DNA from: Cycas panzhihuaensis
Taxonomy: Eukaryota; Plantae; Cycadophyta
Assembly: GCA_023213395.1 (NCBI GenBank)
Contig: CM041465.1
Location: forward strand, 209,257,741 to 209,321,740
Length of the DNA: 64,000 nt
Direction: 5' to 3'
In this document: piece by piece, positions 38,216 through 51,099 of the stretch
How the letters are laid out: each line of letters opens with the position of its first letter
Position numbering within the stretch: the stretch's first letter is position 1
Notes under the pieces: generated by a model
The model's input: only the letters and a program-made list of their open reading frames with translations
What the model was told of the DNA's origin: nothing
Database searches by the model: none
Position numbers and translations under genes: made by a program

Positions 38216-38812
38216 GGGAGGGGACTTGTTACATAACTTATCCAGCTAAGTTATGTAAACCACTATGGAACTTTGTGTATGTGCCGGTCGCCTAGTAGAC
38301 CAATAGTATGCATGGGCGCTGTTGTCCAATAGAATGTAAAGCCGCTTAGGCCACCAATAGGATTACATGTATAAGACCCTATTTTATCTATATAAGGGTT
38401 ATAAATTGTAAATGATGGTTATCTTGATAGAATATTTTTATAGAGATTGTGCTACGATACTTTCTATCTTTTGGTGATCATTTAGCACTCTGGTGTTCCT
38501 GTGAAGCTCTTAGTTAGCTTGTTTGCTTTGTTGGATAAGTAGACGTTGCTGTGACTGTCAAATTCTCTATCTCAAGAGTATTGGCGAGAAGAAACGTCTC
38601 AGACTCTCCTTGGTATCATGTGTAAATCCCTCTACCTAATATGGGCTAGTGTGAGGCCCCTATGGTAGGTCACCTAATCACCAGTACTAGGTCCATGCAA
38701 TGGGTGTAGGTCAACTGATGTGTGCGTCATACCTTAAGGAAGGGGATATATTACATATGTGGAGGGCCCTCTCTACCACTACCTTAAGGTTTTGGCATGA
38801 CAATTCATTACA

Positions 38813-38990
38813 ATTGAGATAGATGAAGTAGATCTAATTGCAACCTTTGTGATAGTTATAGCTAGATTTAGTTCCTTTCCTTCAATAAGTTTTATTAATT
38901 TATTAAGGTCCAAAATATTAAAATTTTGAATTTCCAAATTACATAACTCTTTTCATTAAGTTTGTATGCATCCAATAAAGCATAACTAAT
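38813..38990 (-). pseudogene. Copia D gag N-terminus
   Basis: LLDAYKLNEKSYVIWKFKI on the minus strand. Confidence 0.75.
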
Positions 38991-39868
38991 AATGTTAACC
39001 CTCAATAGTATAAGATAAAATGCACATGACCAAAAGTACAAGTCTGAGTTTATAAAGAAACTTAGTGGTTAGAAGATCTTGTTACAAAATTTAACCTTTA
39101 AAATATAAGTATAATAAAAATTAGTAAGCTAGAAATAAAAATCACTAAAATCTAATATTAAATAGTAAAGTTATGAGGTTTATAATGATTTTAGAGTCTC
39201 CAACCCTCATTGCATATGACCAATGGCTAAAGAACCCAAGTGCAAATATCAAAATATAGTGCAAAATAATTAAACTTCTCTAAACATTAGAGAAATAAAA
39301 GATTAAATAAAATTCTATAAACCTACAAAGAATATTCCATGGGTTTCAATGTTACGATTGCCTAAGAGTCGCCTACACGACTTCATGGATCAAATTTGAT
39401 TAGTTTTGAAGTAAAATTTTGGGTGTTACAGCTAAATCAGACCGATATCTATATAATCCAAGTAGTTACAAAATAAATTAGAGAAAAAATAAGCTAAAAT
39501 ATGGTATTAAGAGTAAGATATGGAATTTTGAAGGCTATCCTCTTCTCTAGCTTTATAAGGTAGTTATACACTAAAAGATCTCATTCTAAGGGTAAAAATT
39601 AATGCCAACTAGATCTTAAACTTGTTAGAAATAGATCCTCAAGCAAGAAGCCTATGCAAATGAAGGATTTAAAGTGCCTAATAAAGCCAAAACTACCTTT
39701 ATAATATAATTAATTCCTTTTTCACTGAGAAACCCTTTGTAGGTTTACTTAGAGACTATAAAAATAATTAATGGCAATGTCCATAATTGAAATATTAAGT
39801 TTACAAGTAGAAATACATGCTAAGACTTAGAAATTTCCCTATTAAGTGAACCATGGACTCTAATACCA

Positions 39869-40228
39869 TGTTGGAAATATAAGTGAATGAAAGTAAAAAT
39901 TAGTAAGTAAATAAGAGCAAATAACTCAATCATAATTACATAATGAATTATAAGAAATAAGGATACATTAAATCACAAATAAATATAATGGCTCTTAATC
40001 TATTCTCCTTGCATGAATCAATCAATTCAATTAATTGATGAGAGTAGGATACCTCCTCATTAATAGTAAGAGTACAAGCAAGGAATAAAGCAATCAAATA
40101 AGGAAACATCAAGGTACAACTCATGCATACTCTTGTATGTGAAAAAACAAATATAGAAATACAATTCTCAAGAAAACCTACCTAATGTATTCATCAAAAT
40201 GAGGAAGAATTAGATATTATTTTTAATA
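39869..40228 (-). repeat. 5' LTR of D
   Basis: Preceded by PBS complement actctaatacca; homologous to 1367-1734; followed by TSD agata. Confidence 0.85.
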
Positions 40229-40336
40229 AGATAGTAAAGCATAAGCTTAAATATCATCAAGTGCTCATTTTCTTAGTCAAAACCATCATAAACAATGATA
40301 ACTTTAAGCCCCCTTTTTTTATACTTAATTTTGACC

Positions 40337-42705
40337 AGTACTTCCAATCCAAACTATCCAACATGGGCCATAAGGCAGAGGTCAAATGGTCAACATAATC
40401 TATAAAGTTATTTGTAGTCTTGACCATTTCAAAAATGATGAAGTAATTTTGGAATACCTAGTAAGATTATCATCTAACCTACCTCCTAACCATCATAAAC
40501 TTGGATTCTCTAAGTACATTCACCTAGATTCACCCTTTGCAACTAAATATTATGATGGCCCTGAAGTTCCTCCTCTCATCAGTCCTACACCACCTCACTT
40601 TGAGAAGGATGGCACATTATTACTTAGCAAGATGATTAATATCAACCTAGAGATTAGTGATGAGCCTCAAATCATTAAGGTAGGGGAAAAGTGTTGCTCA
40701 AAGGAGATTCAAAAGATCAAATCACTTTGCATATAGTTCTCATTTATCTTTGCATGGATTATTCTAATATGAAGGAGTTTACCGAGATATGGTCATCTAT
40801 AATATCATCGTTGTCCTAGGGTCTAAGCCCAAATGTCAACATTAGCATCCCCTTCGCCCTTGTTTATTTGTTACCATCAAATAAGAGATTGAAAAGTTGC
40901 TTAATGCTATGTTCATTGAGTCTATTAACTAGCCTCAATAGGTATCTAACATCACCCCAGTTGCCAAGAAAAATGACACCATTTATATTTTCATAATTTT
41001 TTAAGATATGAGTGATACATGCCTAAAGGATAATTTTTCACTCCTTTCCATCGACCAAATCCTTAACCAATATGTCATCTTTGAGGTTATATTCTTTATG
41101 GATGGTTTCTAATACTTCCAGACCAAGCTATCTGACATGCATTGTAAGGCAAAGTTCAAATGGTCAACATAATCTACAAAGTTATTTGTAGTCTTAGCCA
41201 TTTCAAAAATGATGAAGCAATCTTGGAATACCTGGAAGGATCATCACCTAACCTACCTCCTAATCATTATAAATTTTGATTCTCTAAGTGCATTTACCTA
41301 AATTCACCCTTGGCAACTAAAGACTATGATGGCCCTAAAGTCCCTCTTCCTGTTAGTCCTACACCTTCTTACCATGAGAAGGATAGTACATGATTACTTA
41401 ATAAGACAATCAATATCAACCTAGAGATTAACAATGAGCTCCAAATCATTAAGATAAGGGTGGATTACTCCCAAAAGGAGATTTAAAAGATTAAATAACT
41501 CTACATATAGTTCTCTTTTATATTCACATGGGATTATTTTGACATAAAGGACTTCACCCAAATGTGATCATCCATAATATCACCATTATCCTAGGGTTTA
41601 GGCCTAAATGGCAACATTAGTAGCCCCTTCACCTTTATTTAGTAGCTATCATCAAATAAAAGATTGAAAAGTTTCCTAAGGTTAGGTTCATTAAGGCTAT
41701 TGACTACCCTTAATGGGTATCTAACATCATCCTAGTTACCAATAAGAATGATCCCATCTATATTTGTATAGAGTTTTAGGATATCAACATTGCACTCTTA
41801 AAGGAGAATTTTCCACTACTTTTCATTGACCAAATCCTTGACCAATATGTTGGATTTTAGGTTATGTTCCTTATGGATGGATTCCAATTAAGCTATCCAA
41901 CATGGGCCATAAGGCAGAGGTCAAATGGTCAACATAATCTACAAAGTTACTCATAATCTTGACCATTTTAAAAATGACGAAGTAATCTTAAAATACCCAA
42001 TAGGATCATCACCTAACCTACCTCTCAACCATTATAAACTTGGATTCACCAAGTACATTCACCTAGATTCACCCTTGGTAACTAAAGAATATGATGGCCC
42101 TAAAGTCCCTCCTCCCACCTATCCTAAACCTTCTAACTTTAAGAAGGATAATACACTATTAATTAACAAGATGATTGATGTCAACCTAGATATTAAGGAT
42201 GAGCCCCAAATCATTAAAGTAGGGGTAGAGTGCTTGCTAAAGGATATTCAAAAGATAAAAGAACTCTACATATAGTTCTCTTTTATATTTTCATGGGATT
42301 ATTCTGATACGAAGAACTTCACCTAGATGCAGTCATCTATAGTATCACCATTGTCTTAGTGTCTAAGCCTAAATTCCAATATTAGCAACCACTTCATCTT
42401 CACTTATTAGCTACCATCAAATAAGAGATCAAAATTTTTCTTAAGGCCAAGATTATAGTGTTTATTAACTACCCTAATTAGGTATCTAACATTGTCCTAG
42501 TTTCCAAGAAGAAAGGTGTCATCTATATTTGCATAGATTTTTAGAATATTAATAATGTATGCCTAAAGGATAATTTTCCACTCCCTTTCATCGATCAAAT
42601 CCTTAACCAATCTATCAACTTTAAGGTTATCTTCCTTATAGATGCCTTCTTAGGTCATAATCAGATATTTATCTCCCTTAAGGACCACTATAACACTACT
42701 TTCAT
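40337..42705 (+). repeat. Tandem triplication (about 770-bp unit) of the Gypsy E linker and RT N-terminus
   Basis: Units start at 40337, 41111 and 41881. ORFs 40386-40736 and 41925-42275 are paralogous (MVNIIYKV...DEPQIIKVG). Each unit ends at the FMDGF motif. Confidence 0.92.
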
Positions 42706-44683
42706 GTGATGTTTCTTAATGAACATGCATATATACTTGGACTGGAAGGCTTAGTTAATCAAAAGGGGCTAGTCTCTAAGATGCAAATATCAAAATAATT
42801 GTTTAAATATTTAGGAATTGACAAATTTTTTAATCTCTTATGCATGGTATATATTTGTATATATACATTATGAAAAGCTCCCTTTAAGAAATTTGACTCT
42901 TTAATATATCCAATGACACTTGGATTATAGAAATACTCCCCTCCCTAAAATGATTTAATCTCAAAGAATCTTCAAAGCTAGATAAGATAGGTACAAGTTT
43001 TTAGATTCCTATGAAGCATCCTTAAGGGCAAGTTTGCCCATTTAACTAAATGTTCTATGATTTGTTTTGAACATAAATGTTTTAATACATATGTCTAAAT
43101 ATTCTTCTAGTATTAGGATTAATTTTCTTTCCTAATTTATTTCTAGTAATTTTGTTTGCTAAGGTATTTCAACCCCTATCTTTTGCTTAAGATGTGGAAT
43201 GTGAAACATGTCATGATTACTCCTATTAGGTAAATTTAATGCATAAGCAACTTTACCAATTCTATGACAAATCAGATAAGGATTATAAAACTTGGGAGCT
43301 AGTTTACTTTAAGTGGAATCTTTGAGGGACATTTGCTTATGAGGTTGGACTTTAACATAAGCTTAATATCCTATCTAAATTTATTAGTATGATTGATGTT
43401 AATCAACTTGGAGTTTCATTTTTATACATGTTGATTCTAATCATTCCTTAAGGACTTATATAATTTTGTGAGATTATAATAATAATTAATATACTACTAG
43501 AACTTTATTATAAAATGAATTATGTTACTATAAGAATATAGGATTATACCTATATAGTGTTATAAAAGGAGCCATTTTAATAGATATATAAAAGGTTGTG
43601 TTATACTATTATTTTGTTAAGGTAAGCTATTATTTCCATCAAGTGGGATTTTTAAAAGCAAAAGTATGTAAATAGCCTTCTAGAAATTTATTAATTACCT
43701 TAGTGTGACCATCAATTTATGGGTAATAAGTTGTACTCATTGTCAAGGTCATACCCGCATACCTAAATAACTCTTTCCAAAAGTTACTCACAAAATTTGG
43801 ATTTGGATCACTCACAATGACTTTTTGATGTCCATGGAGTCAAAAAATAGACTTCATAAAAACATTTGTCATTTGCCTTGCATTGAATGTTAATTGAATT
43901 CCTATAAAATGAGTATATTTTGTTAGCCTATTATAGCCATAAAAATATATTTTATCCCTTTTGGTTTAGGAAGTCTAGTTATAAAATCCATAGATATTTT
44001 TTCTAATTTTCCATTTAATACATGCAATGGTTATCATATGCCATGAGTGGCTATATATTTTTTTTATGAGATTGACAAATATCACATTATATCACAAACT
44101 ATTATGTATCTTTTTTCATTCCTTTTTAGTAAAAAGATTGGCATACCTTAGGTAAGTTTTAAAGAATCTAATAGGACTAGTAGTGGGCACCAAGTGACTT
44201 TCCTTGAGAATTATTTTTTTGGATTTGAATTTTGGGGTTAAGTAAATATGACTCCTTATATTAGATGATATTGTTTCTCTATGTGTATTTATTAGAATGT
44301 ACCATCCCGTTTTGTAGCTTGGTTATTGTATCTTGGGTTTTATTTCTTTAATATTTTTAACTTTCACATCATATATTTAAGAAGGAATGATTATGATAGT
44401 AATACATAACTTAAACTTTTCATTATGTTTGATAATACATCAACCATTATGTTTCCCTTGCCCATTTTATAAAGCATTTTAAAATTGAATACTTGGATTT
44501 TTCTAACCTATTTTTATTTCTTAGGGGTTAGTATACTTTGATATAAGAAGTATTTTAAGCTATTGTGATTAGTTTGGACAAAATATTTGCTTCACAATAG
44601 ATATTATCTCTATTTGACTAATGCATGTATTATTGCTAGTATTTATTTAGCATAAGTAGATTTCAATTATTCATGAGGATTTA
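42706..44683 (-). mobile_element. Chromovirus-type Gypsy remnant L: 3' LTR candidate, PPT, integrase and RNase H
   Basis: PPT complement ctcccctccc near 42936; minus-strand LHGHQKVIVSDPNPNFVSNFWKELF...MSTTYYP*IDGHTKVINK. Confidence 0.8.
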
Positions 44684-45720
44684 TGTTACAATTAACAAGT
44701 AACAAATAATAAATAAGTATAAATGAATTAATGAGGTATGTAAGATAAGCAATAAATGACCATAAGATAAAGCATGTAATCACACATGATATTAACTAGT
44801 GGAAAATAATTATTTCTAAAATATTATATTAATAATAAATATATACTTATAGTGCAAGGTCATCTCATTATTGACTATTAACTTTTGAGAACCCTTATGT
44901 CCACCAATGGGACAAAATATGAATGAGTAAGTATATGCATACATTTTAATAGTGCTTACATTTTAATATTAAGAGAGTGGCGAGACCTAACACCACTTAC
45001 ATTATTTTACAATGAAGCAATTAAACATTACTATAACATTTCTACCCTATAATATTTAATTACAAAAAAATATATAATCTTGAAAAAGGAATTTGTTAGA
45101 TCAAACTATTTCACCTATATCATCATTGATTTAGGAATATGCTATCTATGTAGCTAAGTTAAAAATCTTTATCTTCAAATCTTCATAAAAATTTGTTAGT
45201 TCATAAAGAGGAGTACTACCTCTTTCTTCATAAGCTATTAAGATAATTAGTTTGTAAATTTGTTTATGTTCATATAAAGAAAGTTTCATTTATAAAACCA
45301 CATGGGTAACTAACCACTGTGACTACTAGTTCTATAGGTAACTCCTTCAAATATGTGGTCAAACATTCTAGGAATAGATTATACTACCTAGCTAGATAAA
45401 TGAGTTGAGTAGCAAGGGTATCATAAGCTCTTACTCCTTACAAATGGGTACCAAATAACTTCTTTAATAATAAGAGCTGAGAATATGCAAAGAACTCTAT
45501 CATCTAAATATAATGGAACTCTACCTTTCAACACTACGGAACTTTACCCTTCAACACCACCACCTTAATTAATGTTGTTCCTTTGTGCATATATATTCTA
45601 GCAATCAATAATATCCATCATACATCACACTATCTAGCTTTGTAATTAAAATAATTTTTATTTCTCTCTAATTTTCATGACATTTTGACAATAAATAAGT
45701 TCTCTAGAACTTATAAAAAA
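44684..45720 (-). mobile_element. LTR (44684-45038) plus decayed interior of element M, interrupting L
   Basis: tgtta...taaca termini followed by PPT complement tttctaccc; weak gag-like residue near 45620-45700; no partner LTR found. Confidence 0.45.
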
Positions 45721-46499
45721 ATATTTAACATAAGATTTTATAATTTCCTAAATCTTTATCAATGTAAAAATATAGAGCTAAAAAAAAATACATAGATTAG
45801 TTTTTTTTTTTCTCCTAAAATTAATCTCAAGATGGCCAAGTTTAAAAGTCAATGTGTTAAATGTCTTAAAAATTACTTAAAACTATCTTTATTAATTTTG
45901 ACCTATAATAAATATATCAAATTTTCACCAAAAAATACTCATATAACCACTCATTCTATTCACATTTGAGTCTAGTTTTTTATGATAAAAAAGAAACTAA
46001 ATTTCACTACCTATAGAAAAACTATGATAAAAAAATTATCAATAACTTATAAAATAAAGTTTTCTCAAAAAAATAAGTTATCCCCTTTCATAAATAGGGT
46101 GTTGATTGCATGTGAGACTTCCATGTGACTATGTGGCTTTTGCAAAGGGGTTTGGTGGACTTAAAGAAATCATCCAATTTAATTAAATTGATAATAAACC
46201 TTTGAAAAAAAATATTTTCTTATAAAAAAATAAACACCATTGCCATTGAGCTTACATGTAAGTCTACATAAGTTTGACTAAGAAAAAACTAGGCATTTTT
46301 GGTCAAATATGAAATCTAATCTCTCAAATAGAGATGCCCAAATCTAATATAGCTTCTCAAAGGTTCAAAATACTAGATAAGTAATGAAGAGTATTACACT
46401 GTTCTCTAATAAAAATAATAAGCCCTAAGGGTTTGATGAAGACTACATGATTGTTTGGCAAAATCATGAGGCTTTATTACACCTATTTTGGTTATGAAA

Positions 46500-47520
46500 T
46501 ATCAAATATACCTTAAATCAATTATCAGCCATTAGTTGTAGTGATTAAAATATAGTAAGAGATATGCCAAGATTATTTTAAGTTGCCCATACTCAAGACA
46601 AATCCATTCAACATTATTTTATTAAATAAAAGAGTTCCCATTTTTAATAAGCATGTAAGTAATAACCAAACTTGTTATAGTACCAAAGTCTTATCACCCT
46701 TCCCCTGGAATTTTAATCATGTGAAACAAATTCATGCCTATAATTTTCAAACAAATGGATCCAAAGCCCTTTTATCAAGCATTATTAATAACAAACCCTC
46801 ATGTGAAAAAAATAAGTCTATGAGTTATAATAAATACCTACTACAATAACTTGATATATTGCAACAAATTGATACATTACATTTTTTAACATATGAAATA
46901 CTTCTTTATAATGATAGGATTATGAGTTTCTTGGATCTCTATTATTCTTCATATAGGCATTTCAAAAACTACTTCAAGAACTATTAATGACCAAAGGAAA
47001 GTTCCAATCTGTTTCAATTCAGTAATGTTTTCAATGGCCCTATTAGTAGATCCTTAAATATGTTTGTTTATTTTTCTATAATATCCTACATGTCATATGA
47101 TATTAAATCATCATTAAACTCTTTTTCTAGAGAAAACATCTAGCAATGAATCTGAAATATCCCATTTTTAATGACTCCATTTTCTAGAATGATACGAATT
47201 GTGTTTCAGATGGAGTGAAGCCTTACAGTGTGCAAATCTTCCCTTTATATTTGAATCTTATGAACAATTTATCTAGACTTAATACTATCACACCCAATGT
47301 TCGTAGCCATCAGAAACTTAACATAACATCCATATGCCCATTTATAATTGCATACATGTGTGTCTTTAAAGAATATTCTCTCATTGCTAGTTCAACCCTT
47401 TGATATATTCCTCCACATTTAATAAATCATCCATTAGTGATCATTACTTGAAATTAATTAGTAGGGTAAGTGTACTTCTTGATTCTTTCTATACATTGCT
47501 TGTTGTTTTAATCAACAAAG
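46500..47520 (-). pseudogene. Chromovirus-type aspartic protease and very decayed RT, possibly the upstream part of L
   Basis: Minus strand FQVMITNG*FIKCGGIYQRVELAMREYSLKTHMYAI...DVML..*WLRTLG. Confidence 0.65.
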
Positions 47521-49058
47521 TCCCTTTTGACATCAACTAGGTCTCTTGCCTTATCTTGTTTGTTGTTGGGACTTGGTTGCATGACTGCTTGGTATGATGA
47601 TTAGATATCTACGATTTGATTGTGCTTATGTTGGACTATTATTAGTACTTATGATGTAAATATCATAAAGTGCTTACTAAAATGGCATATTCTAACTTCC
47701 TCCAAAGCTTAGCCTTGCCCTTATTTTCACCTTTTCATCATCTCTTCTATTGGATAATTCTTCATTGAATAGTCATTGTTGATCCTTGAACTCCTAACTT
47801 TACTCTGTTTACTCTATTGTTGGCATCATGGTTCACCTTTTCACCAACCACTATCTTATTCTTTGTGAATTTTTACGAAGATACCATAGTTTTTCACCAT
47901 TTTAGGTTGGTTATGTTTTTCATTATAGGTCACTTTTTTTGGCCTACCCAAGAACGTGACATACTTAATAAAATATGAACTTCAAGTTAGTCACATTTTT
48001 AGTACTTTCTTATGTCATGTTTTTTATTATACCTTGTATTTTTCATTATAGCTCATGTTTTTCATTGTAGATCATGTTTTTCTCAGATTCTTGCAAAAAT
48101 AAATGGTAGATTTTTTTTTGTCATGTGAGCATTACTTTTTGTGAAATGACAAACCTACCTTCTTATTGTTTTCTTACTTCTTCCTCTCATTCTCTGTTCT
48201 ATAAATCTTACTCATTTTCTTAAGAAATTGGGAGAGAATTTTGTGACTCTTGTGACTTTCATCAACCAAGTTTGGTGTGATTAGAGCTTAGAGAGTTGAC
48301 ATATTAGAAAAAATTATAGGGCTTAAGGCTATACTTCCTTAGCTTTGGCCCATTCTCTTCTTAACTCCCTTCTTCTGCTCTTCTTTCCTCTTCACCCCCT
48401 CTAGCAATCTCCTTTCTTTCCTAAGTGCCTTCACCTTGAAATATTCTTGTTTAGCTTAACCTTTTTTTAGGGCTTGCTTTAGAGAATTTTTAGGAAGCTA
48501 TGCATTGATCTAAGGCACTCTTTAGTTTCCCCTATAACATTTGCAATCTCGAAAAAGGTAAGTAGTTAGATTTTATACAAATAAATATTAGTTCTTGTTT
48601 CTTTGACAGATGAATATTTGCCTTCTCTTATTTCCATGAATATGACAGGATGTATAATTAATATGTAAAGGTGTTGAGGTAAATCTTCTTACTTTCCTCT
48701 TAATCTTTTTGTGATTTATTAAGCTTTAGCCTAGTTTTCTTTTCCTTTCTTTGTATAAGATAATAGGACGATACTCTCAAGGTTAAAGGTCTTCCCTCAC
48801 AACTAAGGAGAGCTCACCAAAATAAGCCTTATTGCTCAAAAGACCCTAGGAAGAAGAGGAGTCTTCCTTGTAGAGTGAGATAAAAGGAAGTCTCGAACTC
48901 TTCCTCATAGAGTTTTGAACTTCCTTATTCCTTCATCCTTTCTTAGTTCTTTTTCTTAAAAGAAGAAGAAGAAGAAAGAAAGGGTGTAATAAAAATAGTA
49001 TATGCATTTTTCTAAGCTATCAATATTAACAATAGTTTATGGTTTCCTAAATTTATCC

Positions 49059-49759
49059 AAAGCAAAAATCAATATCATTTCATGCATATCAACAATTTGA
49101 GACAAGAGTAAACCTCCTCTTATTGTACCATTACATATAAAGAATAAGAGGTAGGCCATTCGTTAACCTTTTTTTCTAAATCCCTTATGTTTCTTTTACT
49201 TCAAGAAGAATTAAAAAAGAAAGAGAAAGGAAAGAAGTGAATGAGAGTTTTGACGTCTTGTTAAAGGAGTTTTGGTTTACGTGACTAGGATAATTGTATG
49301 TGCATTTGAAAGTACCCATCCTCTTATCTTTAGATGTTTATTAAGTAATAAATGCATCTATGCATACATGCCTTTTTTCCCTTTATATATATACATAGAT
49401 GCATACATGCCTTTTTTCCCTTTATATATATATATATATATATAAGAGGGAAAAAAGGCATGTATGCATAGATGCATTTATTACTTAATAAACATCTAAA
49501 GATAAGAGGATGGGTACTTTCAAATGCACATACAATTATCCTAGTTACGTAAACCAAAACTCCTTTAACAAGACATCAAAACTCTCATTCACTTCTTTCT
49601 TTTTTAATTCTTCTTGAAGTAAAAGAAACATAAGGGATTTAGAAAAAAAGGTTAAAGAATGGCCTACCTCTTATTCTTTATATGTAATGGTACAATAAGA
49701 GGAGGTTCACTCTTGTCTCAAATTGTTGATATGCATGAAATGATATTGATTTTTGCTTT
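49059..49759. repeat. Long inverted repeat centred on (TA)n
   Basis: Arms 49059-49382 and 49447-49759 are reverse complements with 4 substitutions and one 11-bp indel. Confidence 0.97.
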
Positions 49760-51099
49760 ATATATATATATATATATATAAGGTAAAAAAGGCATTTATG
49801 CATAGATGCATTGAGTAAAGTCATCTAACCTATTTTTTCAAGTGCTTTATTAGATTAATTACTACTTATTGCTTGTATTCAAGGGGAAATTACATCCTAA
49901 ACTTATATTTAGGGATTTATTTCTTTTGTATGATCCCCTAAGGTTAGGTCTCATCCATCCAATTAGAACTTGCTTAACCACTCAAGATTTTGCATCCCTG
50001 GTGTACAAGTTTATTCTTTCTTAGGGACAAATACCTCTTACCACAAGAAGAATTTTGATCAATCAGGACTTAACATCCTTGGTATACAAACCTTCTCTTT
50101 CTAAGGATTGATATTCTTATCATGTTTTAAACACCAAAGGTGTCATCTTATCATCATAATTTGGGTTGAGAGTGGCTCTCTCTTCTCTCTTTTATTCACC
50201 TATAAGTGCTAGAACCTACTAGAATTAGACATGGATATGCCCAGGTTGTCCATCCTCATAAGTCGATCATCACTAGGTAACGGAATCCCTAATAACTAAC
50301 CCTTCATAAGATCATTAATCCATGGTCCAAGCTCTCTCTAATCCTTGCACTTGTTAGTCCTCTTGTTCCTTAGTTAAACTGTCATACTCTTTCTATTTTA
50401 AAGTGGGATAATAGTCTAAGATAAGACATCACCCTTAGGAGGACATTGGGGTAGATGAGTAAGAAGCCAAGGATATTTTTTTATTAGTGTAAGGACCCAA
50501 TGATCCTTCCATTAATTAGAAGTTTGCTTGTTACCTTCCCCAAGTTAAAGGGGACTCAGATTGTGTTATTTGCTTGATTTAGATTATTACATTCATTTCT
50601 TTAGTTTGTATTTTCTTATAAATACTTAAGTAGACAAGTAACAATTTTGTCCTTTTCACTTATTCGACACATGATTAAAGAGTCATTCCTTCTCCCTAGG
50701 GGAAGGGTCAAGGATTCGCTCGATTCATTTCACCTTCACGTTCCTTTTCATAAGGATCATTTACCTAAGGTCTCTTTAGTGACTTACCTTAAAGTTTGAC
50801 ATCATTCTAGAAACTATACTAGGGAGCTTATAGAGCTTCCTAGTTACTTGATTAGTTCTTCTTGTTATTTGAACCTTTCTTAAGGATACATTCATGCATT
50901 TTGTCTTTCTATTTGAGCCTTTCTTAAGGCATATATTCATGTATTTTGTCTCATTTACCTTTCTTTTTACCATTTAAGCAAAATAATCTTCATCGATCAC
51001 ACTCTATTCCTTTATCCATATGAGTGATATTTACTCACTTTCTTCATGCTTATATTTTGTATTCTCTATAGATCCCTTTTGTACTTATCCTAGCTGATC

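Larger units (their letters stand above)
32351..38601 (+). mobile_element. Full-length Ty3/Gypsy chromovirus H (Reina-like, 6.25 kb)
   Basis: LTRs 32351-32719 and 38227-38601 (about 29 substitutions, about 8%), PBS 32722-32733, G-rich PPT at 38214-38224, perfect TSD gactc. Confidence 0.96.
32253..38812 (+). mobile_element. TRIM G (about 304 bp without H), split by chromovirus H
   Basis: About 65-bp LTRs at 32253-~32317 and 38749-38812, perfect PBS at 32320-32331, PPT aaggaagggga at 38736-38746, TSD gttga/attga, non-coding interior. Confidence 0.88.
1367..40228 (-). mobile_element. Copia element D, outermost element of a 38.9-kb nested stack
   Basis: Homologous LTRs at 1367-1734 and 39869-40228, degenerate Met-PBS at 39857-39868, perfect TSD agata (1362-1366 / 40229-40233). 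Gag-pol pieces rejoin in frame across the nested insertions. Confidence 0.9.

Noticed and set aside
39350-39430. tgttac...gggtgttaca mini LTR-like segment
   Set aside because: No TSD, partner, PBS or PPT.
49059-49759. Inverted repeat as a MITE or foldback transposon
   Set aside because: No TSD at the outer arm ends, and the arrangement around (TA)n fits local template switching better. Not fully excluded.
47560-50500. 5' LTR and PBS of element N
   Set aside because: No partner LTR or convincing PBS was found in the window, so boundaries cannot be supported.
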